A stretch of DNA of 64,000 nt from Adineta vaga (taxonomy: Eukaryota; Animalia; Rotifera). The stretch spans positions 5,456,001 to 5,520,000 of the forward strand of contig CP075497.1 of assembly GCA_021613535.1 (NCBI GenBank), in the 5' to 3' direction. The notes under the pieces are model-generated. The model was given only the letters and a program-made list of their open reading frames with translations, was not told the DNA's origin and ran no database searches. Position numbers and translations under genes: made by a program. Shown here piece after piece: positions 12,776 to 25,000 of the stretch (positions are counted from its first letter, which is position 1; each line of letters opens with the position of its first letter).

Positions 12776-15700
12776 ATGGCTGATCAATATCTTGGATCAA
12801 TGATTGATTCAACTCGAAGCATATCATTTGAGTCTGGTACTCTATTAACAACATCGGCGATCAATGCATTACATTTTCCAGGTCTTTCATCATCAGGAAT
12901 ATCTGATACAGGTGGTAATCGACGAGCAAGCCTTCTTCTTGATGGTATTGGTATGTGTGAATCAATGACAGAAAGTTTTTGTTCAAATGGTGGTCAGGAT
13001 GATTCACTGATGATTAATAGTTTAAATCCACTTTCATCAGATTCATTAACAGTTAACAATCTAAGATTGGAACGAAAAGATTCGACTGCCCAAAGAAAAC
13101 GACGTTCACGTAAATCTTTATTCGATGGATCAATCGATGGTCCATCACTTGATAAAATTGAAGCTGTCACATTAGTTGATGAACAAAATGAACCCGATGA
13201 TGTTTGGTAAAAACGAATAAATTTTTTTTCGTTGAAAAAATAATCAGCAATTTCCTACATAGGTTATTTGAAGTACCAAAACATGAACAGAAAGATGAAC
13301 AGACAACTGATAATATATTTTCATGGGTACACAAAGAATTTAAAGCAAATGATATCAATGCAAGTAAACATCGGCTTCTTTGTAAACTTGATGATATGTC
13401 AAATGGTAAGAAAACAAAAGAATTAATTGTATTTTTCTTTACTATTTTAATTTAATCTAGCACGAACCATACGAAGTGTATCATGCCATAATTTTGCTGA
13501 TAATCAACGATTCGAACATGTGAAAAAACATTCAACTGAACAACAAGTGAATACAGGTATGAATAAATTCTACTATAAACAAAGATTCATGCAATAACAA
13601 TCAAGCGAATGCATTGTATTACTCGAAATTTTAGATAATCAATATGAAATAGTTATTGTAAGACATTATAGCATGATGTGAGGACAGTTTGAAGACGGAA
13701 GAGAATGACTTTGTAAAGCATGTGCTTATTTTCATTGATATGAATAATATAATTGTAATTTTTTCTCAATATATTTATAGAAACCGTTAAGAATGGTCGA
13801 TTAAGTTCACCATTACGTGCATTACCTGCTAATATTCGACCAACAATATCAGCTAATCTATCACCATTACAATCCACAATAATACCTTTACATACTGTTG
13901 AAAATAATAATCATATTGGTACAGATCGTGTTAAATCAAGAGATGTTTCAAGAGAACGTGAAAAAGAACCACCCATGGATTATACTGATCTTGAAGGTAA
14001 GTTTATTAATACTCTATCTCAATATCAAAACGTGATGTTTAGTTGAATTAGACAGATGTAAAAGAAAGAAAAAAGAATGCATTAGATCGAATATTATGAA
14101 TTTAAGAAAATAAATAAAATTTTTTTTCTTTATTTATTTTAGTTATTGCTAAACTTCAATTAGAAAGTAAATATAATGCTTGATTGAATATCAATGTCAA
14201 TTGCATCTTTGTTTTTCTTTCATTCAGATTTACGTCAAGCTGAAAGACAAGGTCCATTATCGAAACGTTTTGGTATGTCTAGTTATGATTTTATTATATC
14301 TTTTATTTGGCAACGGGAAGATTTGTATCGATATACATATGGTTCATCTAGATGTTTTCAGGAGATAGTTCAAATATGTGATAAAGTAAAGATTCACATT
14401 ACATCTTATCTACAATCTTTCGAATTATAATCAATATTACAAATGAGATCGACGGAAGAAATCCATACCACTTATTGTACTTCTATGAGATTATCGTATG
14501 AATTAGTGGTATCGACTGAATATCGAGCAAAACTATATCAGGTTCATTGTGGTACATTAATCTGTGTCTTTCTCTCGCATATATGTTAATGCTTCACTAA
14601 ACCCTCTTGATTCTACTCCTTCGCATGTGTTTTTTAATCCCGTTACTTTACTTTTATATGTTTGTAGGTGGTTCTAATGTGTCGCTTGCATCAACGAGTA
14701 GTGGCACAAGTGTAACGATTACAAGTAAGTTTTTTTTATTAATATAAAACTTTCGAAGAGACGAACAAAAACATATAGTTTCGTACATTGTATTAACTTG
14801 GCTGTTTAATATCAGTCGAAAAACCATAGGCTAAATTATCATAAGCATATAGATATTTAGTGGTCGTAAAGTTCGACGAAAAGTTTTGTGACGAGTGTTC
14901 TCTTAACTTTGCATTAGATTTCGGTTTTTCTCTATAAAATTCTAAAAGAAATGATTCGATTTAATCAAGAACATATTGTGTGTAAAAAATAATCCATACT
15001 TTTCATGACTTTATTTGTATATTTGAATTTCCATTCATTTACTTGACTATTCATATTCGACGTAAAAACAAATCAATACTTTATTAATAAATATACACGT
15101 ATGTCATGAATACGTAGAAGTGATCAGTTCGATGTAATATTAAAAAAAAGAGAAAATGTATGATTGTAAAGAGAAAGAACAGAAAGGCAGAATGAGAAGA
15201 AAATTGTTTTATGTGACAAGAGAAAATGGAAGAACAAGAAAAATAGAAAATAATCTTGAAGATGTAGATATTGTCAATAAATCTATCAAGTTTGACCTGT
15301 CTGTTTTTTCATGTAAAAGAGCAAATCGTTCATGTGAATTAAGTATATTTCATTTCCGAGTAACTGTTCAAGTTGTTAGACTATTTGCGATCAATAAAAA
15401 CAAAATACGCGAAAAATAGAATAGAAAAAGTATAAAACAACGCTAAATAAGTACATAAAATATATAAAAGTGAATGAGAAAACTGTCACAGAACGTATCT
15501 AGAAGTTTTTGTTCATATGTCTCCTTACTCAACATATACTTTGAATATATGTGCGTGCATACATGTGAATTTGATCATTATGTAAATATTGCTTCTGTGA
15601 AAAACCTAATTATATTTCATATTTTAATAAAATGATCATCATCATTTTTTTCTATTAGATCGAACAGGAACTAAACCCCCAGTTGCACCAAAACCAACAA

Positions 15701-16748
15701 TAACAAAGTTTGTACTTTCTAAACGAATTCTATTCTTTCGATATAAATATGTAAATATTCTAGAAATGGTACTCGTCTCAGTACGTATATTCGTTCAAAT
15801 ACTCAAACAATAACAACTAATAAAACCAATGGACATGATACACCCACAGTTACGGAACCGAAGCTTATGACAACACGTACCAGTGTTTTACCATCAAATT
15901 CTGCAAATAATATTCGTACACGACCACCAACAGCACGTCCTATTCAAGCTTATCGTGGTTCGCAAACATCTTATGTAAACAATGCAAAAGTTCCGATTGC
16001 ACCATCGTCAGTTCAAAGAAATGGTAAAAAATCTGTCACTGATTTTGGTTCAACATATACGACGAAAGCATTCTCATCAAATCAAAATGGTTTACTTAAT
16101 GATGTAAGTAATAAACCATTAACAGAACCCATGCGCTCTCATTTGGGACCACAACGACGTACTCTACTACCACAATCATCGACTTATTCATCTGTTGATC
16201 AAATTTCATCGACATCATCAGCTAATCCACCGATGAATAGACAGTCCACTGTAACACGTAGTTCATCATCCTTAAGTCAAGGAAGAAAAAGTGGTATACC
16301 AACTGTTGGAAAACCACAAAAACCTACTTCAGCAACTGTTGCACGGTAAGTTAAACTATGTTGATTTCTTATCGAGCATTAATACACTTTTGAATGACTC
16401 ATATTCTCTTATTTATTGATGCTGAAATCTTAAATATGTTTTCAGTCATCATTCACTGTCTTCTCGACGTACAACGATGAATGGATTTTAACGAGGCATG
16501 AGTATAGTAGTTTATAAAATAAAAGACTAACACAATATTTCTAATGGCATGGTACATTGCATGGCTTTTTCTTTATTCTTTCAATTGAAGTTTAAAACGA
16601 ATCTATTTGTCTTCTTAGGCCCACATCGTCACAAATAATTTCTCCATCTCAATCATCGAATAATATGATGGTCACAAGAATTATTCGTTCGAAAATATCT
16701 CCACAAATAACTGAACCAATATCATCATGGAACGATGGATGCTATTGA
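12776..16748 (+). CDS. SLAIN: SLAIN motif-containing microtubule plus-end protein
   Basis: DDVWLFEVPK...FSWVHKEF...SKHRLLCKLDDM and DYTDLEVIAKLQLE resemble conserved SLAIN blocks. It has an S/P/R-rich region with SxIP (SGIP) and a C-terminus SWNDGGY* like SLAIN WKDGCY*. Confidence 0.75.
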
Positions 16749-17321
16749 TTCTTCTTATTTTTCTTTCTTTTTTTTATATGTAAATCTATCATATAAACGC
16801 ATTTTCTTGGTTGATTTTTCTCATCTGCTTAAGCAACGGTGACCTATACATATATCTTATCCATTTCTGACTATAGTGACAAGTTATTTTCTTTTTGTTT
16901 TCTCTGTACAAAAAAATCTTTCTTTTTGGTTGTTTTTTATTTAAAATATTAATAGTTTGGACTTGTTACTGTTGATAAGTTTAAATTTATTGATCAGCAT
17001 TCTATTTGACTGTAGAACTAATTCTTCTTCTTCTCTTCCCTTTTTTCCTCTGTTTATTATTCGCAGTAATTGTGCCTTGGTGTTTGTTTGTTTGTTTGTT
17101 TGTTATTTCTTTGCTTTCTATGATGACACATCTTACTTTTCTACTGGTAATCTTCTGAAAAAAAAGTAAATCAACGATACGTAACTATATATATAGTTAT
17201 ATAAACAAACGAACAAAAAAAGAATAGAATTTTTTTAAACTAATTATTATTATAATATTAATAAAAGATAAAAGACATTTTCATTGATTATACTTAGATT
17301 GATCTTTATTAAAAAATAAAT

Positions 17322-18312
17322 ATGGCGAATACAAATACACAGGTTGGTTCTTCGATAAGAACATTTAATTTTTTACTTAAGTTCCATCGTATAGTTTCGT
17401 TTAACAAAGGAAGAAAGTGCTCTCATGGACGAATGTCGAAAATCGAGTTTCTGGTATCGATGTAAGTAGTTCAATATGGATTTGAAAGATATACTTATTT
17501 CTTCTATTCTATAGCGGTGCCATTAATGGCAATTACATCAGGTATCATGACATATCTTCGTATTAATAGTAAGTATTGTCATCGTTTTGCTTTAGAGAAA
17601 AGCGAACTACTTTGGTGATTTATTTAGATCGTATACCACCAAAATTCTATGGAATAAAGTTAGCTAGTACAATCCTAGGAGGTAAATTAATGCACTCTTG
17701 AAATGCAGAGCATATATTATGAGAATATTTTGTTGTAGCTTATATTGTGGGCAAAGTATCATATATATCTGAATGTCGACGATTGATAGTTGAGCGATTA
17801 CCTAATTCAAATCTTGCTCATGCATTAGAATCCAAACCATACGATCTTATATCTGATATGTATGAACATTTTCTTCGATATATCTCTGAATTATATTAGG
17901 TTTTCTTAGGGCACAACCACCTGAAATTGTTTCCAAAACTACCACCACGAATATATTCGGTGTTCGCAATCAAGAAGAAGAAGAAGAAGAACAGCAACAT
18001 GATGATTTGATACCTGCAGATAAAAATAACGTTCGAAGATATGTTACATATGATGAATTACGTCAAAGAAATCGTGCTGAACATGCATCAAAATTTCCAG
18101 GAGTTAAGCCTCGAAATGGTTTGTTTCTAAATGTTTTTCTTCATCATCTTTCGAATTTTATTTTAGATACACCTACACCGATTGAAGACAGCAAACAACT
18201 TCCACCCTCACCAATCGTATCCAATGACCTCGCTCCTCGTCCAATTACTAGTAGTCTTTCTAAGAAATCAAATATTCGAAAGAATCAATATGGTGATGAA
18301 GTCTACGATTAA
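17322..18312 (+). CDS. OCIAD1: OCIA domain-containing protein (asrij/OCIAD1-like)
   Basis: LTKEESALMDECRKSSFWYR, AYIVGKVSYISEC...RLPNS, TYDELRQRNR and C-terminal KNQYGD. Confidence 0.85.
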
Positions 18313-18433
18313 TCTTGTAGACGATAGTATTTTTCTTTTTTCATAAAATAAAAGTGACTCCTTTTGTATACTCATAAATATAAATAGAATTACCGATGAT
18401 TTTATTATTTACCATACTGAACGAAATCTTTCT

Positions 18434-19527
18434 CTAATTCGAAGATGAAAATGTTCTTATTGATTGTGTCACATTTGTTTCGGAACTTTTCTCTGAAAAG
18501 ATATCGTCATGTGATGTACTACTTAATCTATGTAAATGTCGTTTCTTTCGTCGTTGATGTCGATGTTTTGAGGGCATTTTCTGTCTATCAAAAACATCCG
18601 TTTTCGTTCGTGCAATATGTCGAATAACTGGTAAACGATTTTTATTATTATCGATTTTCACTTCTGCTTTAGCATGAAGCACTCTTGAATTTTGTTGTTG
18701 ATTATTGATATCTTCATGATTAATCGTCGCTGCTATCGTACCAAATTGAGATTGAATGGCAAACTTGTCAATCGGTTGACTAAACTTTTTGGAAACGGTT
18801 GATTGAAGTAATTTATGAAGTAGTTCAGACGAAAGATGAACTTTAAGTTTAGGAATAGTTGATTTGTTTTGTTGCTTTACAAGAGATTTAATGAAACGAC
18901 GTGGTAATCGAATGATCAATGTCGTTTGAGAAGAGATTTCTCGAGGATAAAGCTCATGTTCATTACATTGAATGTTTTTATTATGAATAAGACTACGTAG
19001 AAAGAATAGTGATGAAATCAAGAACTAGATAAAATTGCTAATTTACACTTTTTGTTGATGTTGATTGACATCCGAACTGAGAAATTGTTTGTTAAACAAA
19101 ATCTTCTCATTCATAACATCATTTACATAATAATTTTGATTTTGTGCAGAATTTTTCTTCTGTTTTCCATATTTCAAGACTGATCGATCGAATGGAATAG
19201 AAGAATTACTGAACTGTGAAAATTTTTCCATTCCATATTCAGTTTTTTTTCTTAAGTATCACTCACTTTTTTCTTCGAAGAGTTTGGTACAGAACTCGTT
19301 CGATGTTTATGATCAAGACTATTCGATACAGTAGAACTGTGACTAATATCTTCATTTGAAGATGTTTTTCTTGTTTGTGAACTCAAAGAACTCATTTGCA
19401 TGAGATGTACTTTGGATCGATAATAGGCACATTCATTTGATTTCAGTTCAATAAATTTCTCTAAGAATATCAATCGATTGAGTAAATCTTTAGTTTTATT
19501 TGATGGAAAAGGAGAATTTGTTGTCAT
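18434..19527 (-). CDS. Hypothetical basic, Ser-rich protein (multi-exon)
   Basis: Three consecutive minus-strand ORFs (19252-19527, 19043-19231, 18434-19021) separated by intron-sized gaps. No family recognised. Confidence 0.55.
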
Positions 19528-19691
19528 ATTAAATATATATCAATAGTGATAAACGTGAGATAAAGAATGGAATAAATGACAAACTAACACGTTTCGCGCC
19601 ATTCCACGAGTGTCAAGTTTTTTTTTAAATTATTTCATTTTATTGACCCGAAATGTGTTAGAGATATAGCAGTTAAGAAAAAGACTGATAT

Positions 19692-20041
19692 TTATCGTCG
19701 ACCAGCCCATGCATTGAAACGTCGTTTGGTTAAAATATTTCGTTTACCAGCCCACGCATTAAAACGACGTTTTTCAAATTCATGATCATCATTTTCATCA
19801 GAATTATCTATCATGGATGCTTCATCATGATAGGTTGACATTAATTTATTCGGAGAAAGTCATAGGATTGATGAATAAGGAAATGATCTTCATCATTGTT
19901 TTCTTTGTTTGATAATGTAAATGAATGAGTCATACTTAACTAAAAAACAAAGAGAAATTTTATCTCTATAACCAAAATTTCATTTATTACCATTAGTAAA
20001 AGATAACTGAAAATACCGGCGATGATGCGTGTTGTATTCAT
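19692..20041 (-). CDS. Neuropeptide precursor encoding 2x RFNAWA-amide (leucokinin-like); 1-nt frameshift near 19850 as given
   Basis: Signal peptide MNTTRIIAGIFSYLLLM|LSMTHS split by a GT-AG intron (~19940-19990), acidic spacer, then EKR-RFNAWA-GKR-NILTKR-RFNAWA-GRR-stop. Confidence 0.8.
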
Positions 20042-20981
20042 GATCGGAGTTGTTGTTTATTTCTGAAAAATTATCTAAAGAGATGATCAATGTTATATAC
20101 TTATTGTCGATAAGCAGCACACGACTAAATCAATGCAAATACGATTGCTCAACGCGAAATGTAAATCTACAATTATGTAGATCTAGACAACGACTACTTT
20201 ATGAAAAAAAAACCACATTCATAGATAAAGAATAACTTTCTTCTTTTCCGAGAACATTCATTACCTAATAGTTATTGTTGTCTGAATATTTGTATGTAAT
20301 AGAATGCGTAAGAATTGTTCGTCTACAGCCTGCTTTTCTTTTGTTTAATAACACGATGTAGTACAATTATTAATATTTCTTCGTATATTCCTGATAAATA
20401 AACCCCATAACAATTCTCTCATGTTTTCTCTCTTCCCACTTATTTGTTCCTTTTTTCTTGTTGAATAGCTTTTTCCTCTCTCTCTCTTTCTTTCTTTTCT
20501 CGAGGTTTATTTCATTTCGTCAGAACATAACGAGTTGACTTTGACTTATATATGCATACTGTTAATCAGAACGAGAATAGATGTGTGAATTATGATCGAT
20601 AGTTTTCGAAATATGAGAAAGAAATAAGTTCATCGATTGTCAAGGCAAACAAGAAGAAAAATCATCATTCATGCACCAATTATAGAACCGTTCAAGTGAC
20701 GAACGAAGATACACTTGTTTAGTATTAAATATTTCATACATCGTCATCCAATAACGAGCCGATCGAAGGATCTAACAATGCCGTTCATACAATTAGGAAC
20801 AGAGAAATGAAACGAAGAAGATCTTCTTCCTACACAGAAGCAAATAGGATAGAGAAAATTTATTTAATTGACTTAGTTAATCATCAAAGAAATAAATATA
20901 TATATGAATGTTTTCTTTTCGGTAAAGAAAAATAATAGGATGTCGTTTGTTTTTTAGTCTCAATATGATACAAATGATTGA

Positions 20982-22799
20982 TCAACTGCCTCCTGGTTTT
21001 GTATCAAATTGAACGGCTATTGGTTTTAATGTTTGACGACCTTTCGGTTTTTCACGGGGTGTTGTTGAAACTGAAGATGGTGTTGGACGCCAAACCGATT
21101 TATTCGGTTTAGTATGAGATTGTTCACTTGATGATGGTGCTGCTGCAGCTGCAGTTGTTCCTGATGGTTTGACTTTCAAACGATCGATTTCTGTTTGTAA
21201 TTCTCGATTTCGTCGATCAAGTTCACCAATTTTCATATCACGTGTTCGAATTTGATTCGCTTGATCATGTTCTACTTTTGATTGCAGAACATCTTTCGTA
21301 CATATATTTGCTAATTCAGTCACTTGATTTGAACCATACAAACCGACAAGTAAATCACGAAATGGTTGATTCTTTCGATCATCAATTGGTAAATATCGAC
21401 TTGTATAAAGTGATTCATACAAATCTTCTTTAAGTTTTTCTGATCCTATTTATAAATTAAGGTTTAAATGAATATAAGAAGAAATATTTTTCACTTACCA
21501 ATGCCATTTTTCTTAAGTGATTCAATTTCTGTTGTATATCGTTTGAATTTATTTCGTAATTGTTCATTCGAATCAGATTCAATACTCGTTTGTAAAATAC
21601 TCGTTTTCAAAATGACATCTAAATGATAAAGAGTTTTGACATGTTTGTTTTCATAAGAAAAGAATAATAATATATACCAAGAGAACGTAACCAATCGGAA
21701 AGTAATGTCATTTTATCATTCATATTGAATACTGTTCGATTATTTGCATCAACCTATCGAAGAAGAATCGACAATGATATTTGTTTCGAAAGATGCGATT
21801 AGATTTACCATTTTTATCTGATTTGACCATTTTTGTTCATATTCACTTTGAACTCGACCCATTTCATTACGAAGTTCTTTCATTTCTTCTTCCTATTGAT
21901 AATCGATGAAAACAAATTTCAATGTCAAGAAATCATCTACTTTTTGTTGTCGAATTAATTGTTCATTTTGAAGTGTTTCTTTCAGACTATTCGCTGTTCG
22001 TTTTTCTCTAAAACAAAATGCCTGATATTTATCTATACATCATCGATTCAAACCTACTCTTCGACTGAATCAATTAATTTCTGACGTGTTTCATAATGTT
22101 GTCGTTTTAAATTGATAAATTCTACGGATTTACCTTGATTTTGTGAAGTCCATGTATCATTTACATGAGCTTTAACTAACTGAAAACGAAAATGAACAAG
22201 CGATAAAAATGTTTTCAATCAATCATCAATTCACTTGATCTTGAAGATAAGTTTTCAATTTCTCTCGTGTATCTGCACGTAATTTATCAACTCCTGGACA
22301 TTTCTTGAGAAGTTCATCCCCAATAACGATTCGTTGTTGTGATGCATCATCTGATGTTTTCTTGTCTAGAAATTTTACGGAGAAAAGAAAACAACAAATT
22401 TCTTCTACTTAGTCAAGTTCATGAACGATCAAAGACAAATATTCAATGTAAACTTACCTTCACTTTCGAGAAGTTCACCTAAAAATGGTTGTCCACTTGC
22501 AATTAAACCTTCGACTAATTTAATAAATCCTCCATCACCTTCATCGATAATATGACCGAGAAATTTCTTATTCCTTTCCACCGGTGATGGTAAATTCTAT
22601 TGATAAAATCGATGAATTTATTTACGGAAAACAAAAAAGAAGAATTTCATCAAAAGTCTACTTTAATATCATTAATTGTACGTTCTAAAAGAATACTTTT
22701 ACTTGTAAACCATCCAAGAAATTCATCTGTCAATACCAAATTATTCTCTAATAATGTACGATATCGTTCTAATATATCACGTTTCTTTGAATTAACCAT
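20982..22799 (-). CDS. CARD (death-fold)-like N-terminus plus long coiled-coil protein
   Basis: N-terminus KKRDILERYRTLLENNLVL...ERNKKFLGHIIDEGDGGFIKLVEGLIASGQPFLGELLE fits the CARD pattern. Later exons are E/K/Q-rich heptads. About 9 short introns. Confidence 0.65.
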
Positions 22800-23602
22800 T
22801 CTTGTATCTTCGAACTAATTGAGAATAAAGAAGTACCCGTATAATGTCGATGTCATCCACCTAATGACACTGAAGAAAAACATCATTTTCATAGTTTTTC
22901 TCATTTTTTTCTTTGACAAACATTTCTCAATTTCTTTTTTTTCTATTGACGTACCTTTGTATACCTAGTATGTCGAGAGAATAGTAGTCATCCGCTAACA
23001 GAAATGTTTGATTTATTTAATATATATTTATACTAATCAAATATAAATATGAAGATGTCTTTAAATAACAGAAGAAATCGAGAAAAAAAATAATAGTTTT
23101 ATTTCATCGAAGAAAAAAAGTACGACATTGACTAGGAAATGATCATTTTTGAAATGTATTAAGTTAAATATTCTCACTTTTTTTTCTTTTATTTTAAAAG
23201 ACAAAGAAATTCTTTTTGAAGAATATAATGCACTTGCATTGCTGTATTAGAAAAAAAAGACATGTCCTTTTTTTGTCGTTTAACAAAATACACATGATTC
23301 ATATAAATTTCTTTTATTGACATTAACTCTAGTAGAAAAGATTCCTTTTAATACAAATTTTATGTGATCTATCTCGAATTAGAATTGTTTTCTTTCAGAT
23401 TCTGACGATCATCTTGATATGTTTACATATACTCTTTCTTTTCTCTTCGTCCGTTTAAATAAAGAATGAATATCTATTAACTACGGACGTATTGATATGT
23501 TCAAAGTATTCTTTTCGTCTGTATGACGACAATCTATATTTAAAACTGATCATTCATCATACTATCTCTATTCAGTCGATTACAAGTGAAGAAAAAAAAG
23601 TC

Positions 23603-24095
23603 ATGTTCAAGTGAGTTAAACAGAATTCTTTTGATATTATTTTTTTCTTTTTCAATTAATAGATTTACATTCTTATGTGTTATTCTTGCTATTAGTTACA
23701 TTTATTACAGCCAAGCAATAGATGTCAACAAGGATTCAAACTCAACTTCTGTTCTAGGTAATACAGTTTTGTTTTTTCATGATTAATATTATTCAATTGG
23801 GATTTACTTTTAGTCGGAAGTCTTGTTGACGTCCATGAATCTAATATAACAGTTCGACCACAGTTATTCACAATAACAAGTACCAATCAATCACCTGTAA
23901 TCACATCTACAAATCCATCAGTCATTAGAAATCTTACATCTGATAGTTAGTACTTTATTTCTCTTTCAATTTATTATTTCTGTTTGTATTTGTTCAGCTC
24001 ATGAGGATAACAATGATGTCAAAGGGTATTATGATTGGTTGGATTTTATTAAATCTTCAACTCCAGATACTACACAAAATAATACCAAAGCATAA
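23603..24095 (+). CDS. Small secreted Ser/Thr-rich protein (4 exons)
   Basis: Spliced product MFKFTFLCVILAISYIYYSQA-IDVNKDSNSTSVL...YYDWLDFIKSSTPDTTQNNTKA*, with a signal peptide and several N-x-S/T sites. Confidence 0.65.
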
Positions 24096-25000
24096 CAAAT
24101 GACCGTTTGAATAATTGACAAAAACAATTTTTTTTCGAGTATTAATTTCTTCGTGTTTTTATAACATTTCATATAAAAGTAAATAAAAATTTATAATATC
24201 TAATTGATAAAGTTAATTGCACTTTTTATATTTAAAGAATGACAATGATGGAGTAGAGAATAGAGCATTGGTGAATGAATCTTTTTCTTTAGCACATGAA
24301 TCTTTAAATAAAATTACACGAGAATTTTTGAGAATCATAATAATAATTACAAACATTTCGTGATGAACAGGATCGTTTTTCGGGCATGCTACCTATATGC
24401 ATAAGATTTATAAATCGATTCATCTCGTACAAGCTTTATCATCAGAAATTGGGTGAAATGAACCGTCAGACGGTGGTCCATCATATTTCCTTTTTGACAA
24501 CATTTATATTCAGTTTAACTTGATTGGAGTCTTGTATGTTATTTTTTTCGATGAATTATTCTTCATTGCTTAGATAATGTCTGATTTATTCAAATCATCA
24601 AACAATCAGTAAATACTCAATAAACTTCTCTGGTGTGCACGGATCTGTCCTTTGTTTTATCTACAATCAATGAAACAACGACAGCAAGAAGATATTTCTT
24701 TCGACAAATGAGAAGAGATCAGATCAATACATATATATGTACAAGATGCGAGATGTTGTTCTGTTTCTTTCTTCATTGTCCTAATGAGTATAATGCATTT
24801 ATGCACTTCAATAGATAGATAATTAAGATTATGAAAAACTGACAACGTTTTTTTTCAACAGAATGAAAAGAATTTTATTTTTATTGAATCCAAACGATAA
24901 AGAATGTAATTTTTCATTGGATTATAGCGATGAAGATATATGTAGATAGTTGAAACATCTCACTCATTAATCAGACAATTTGTTTGAGTATACGTGGAAG

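Noticed and set aside
19695-19775. Short direct repeat (accagccca.gcatt.aaacg.cgttt) as CRISPR-like repeat
   Set aside because: Only two copies, explained by the two neuropeptide units; eukaryotic context and no cas genes.
24230-24960. Possible small gene or pseudogene between the secreted-protein gene and PLOD
   Set aside because: Only short stop-interrupted frames; no consistent exon chain or recognisable motif.
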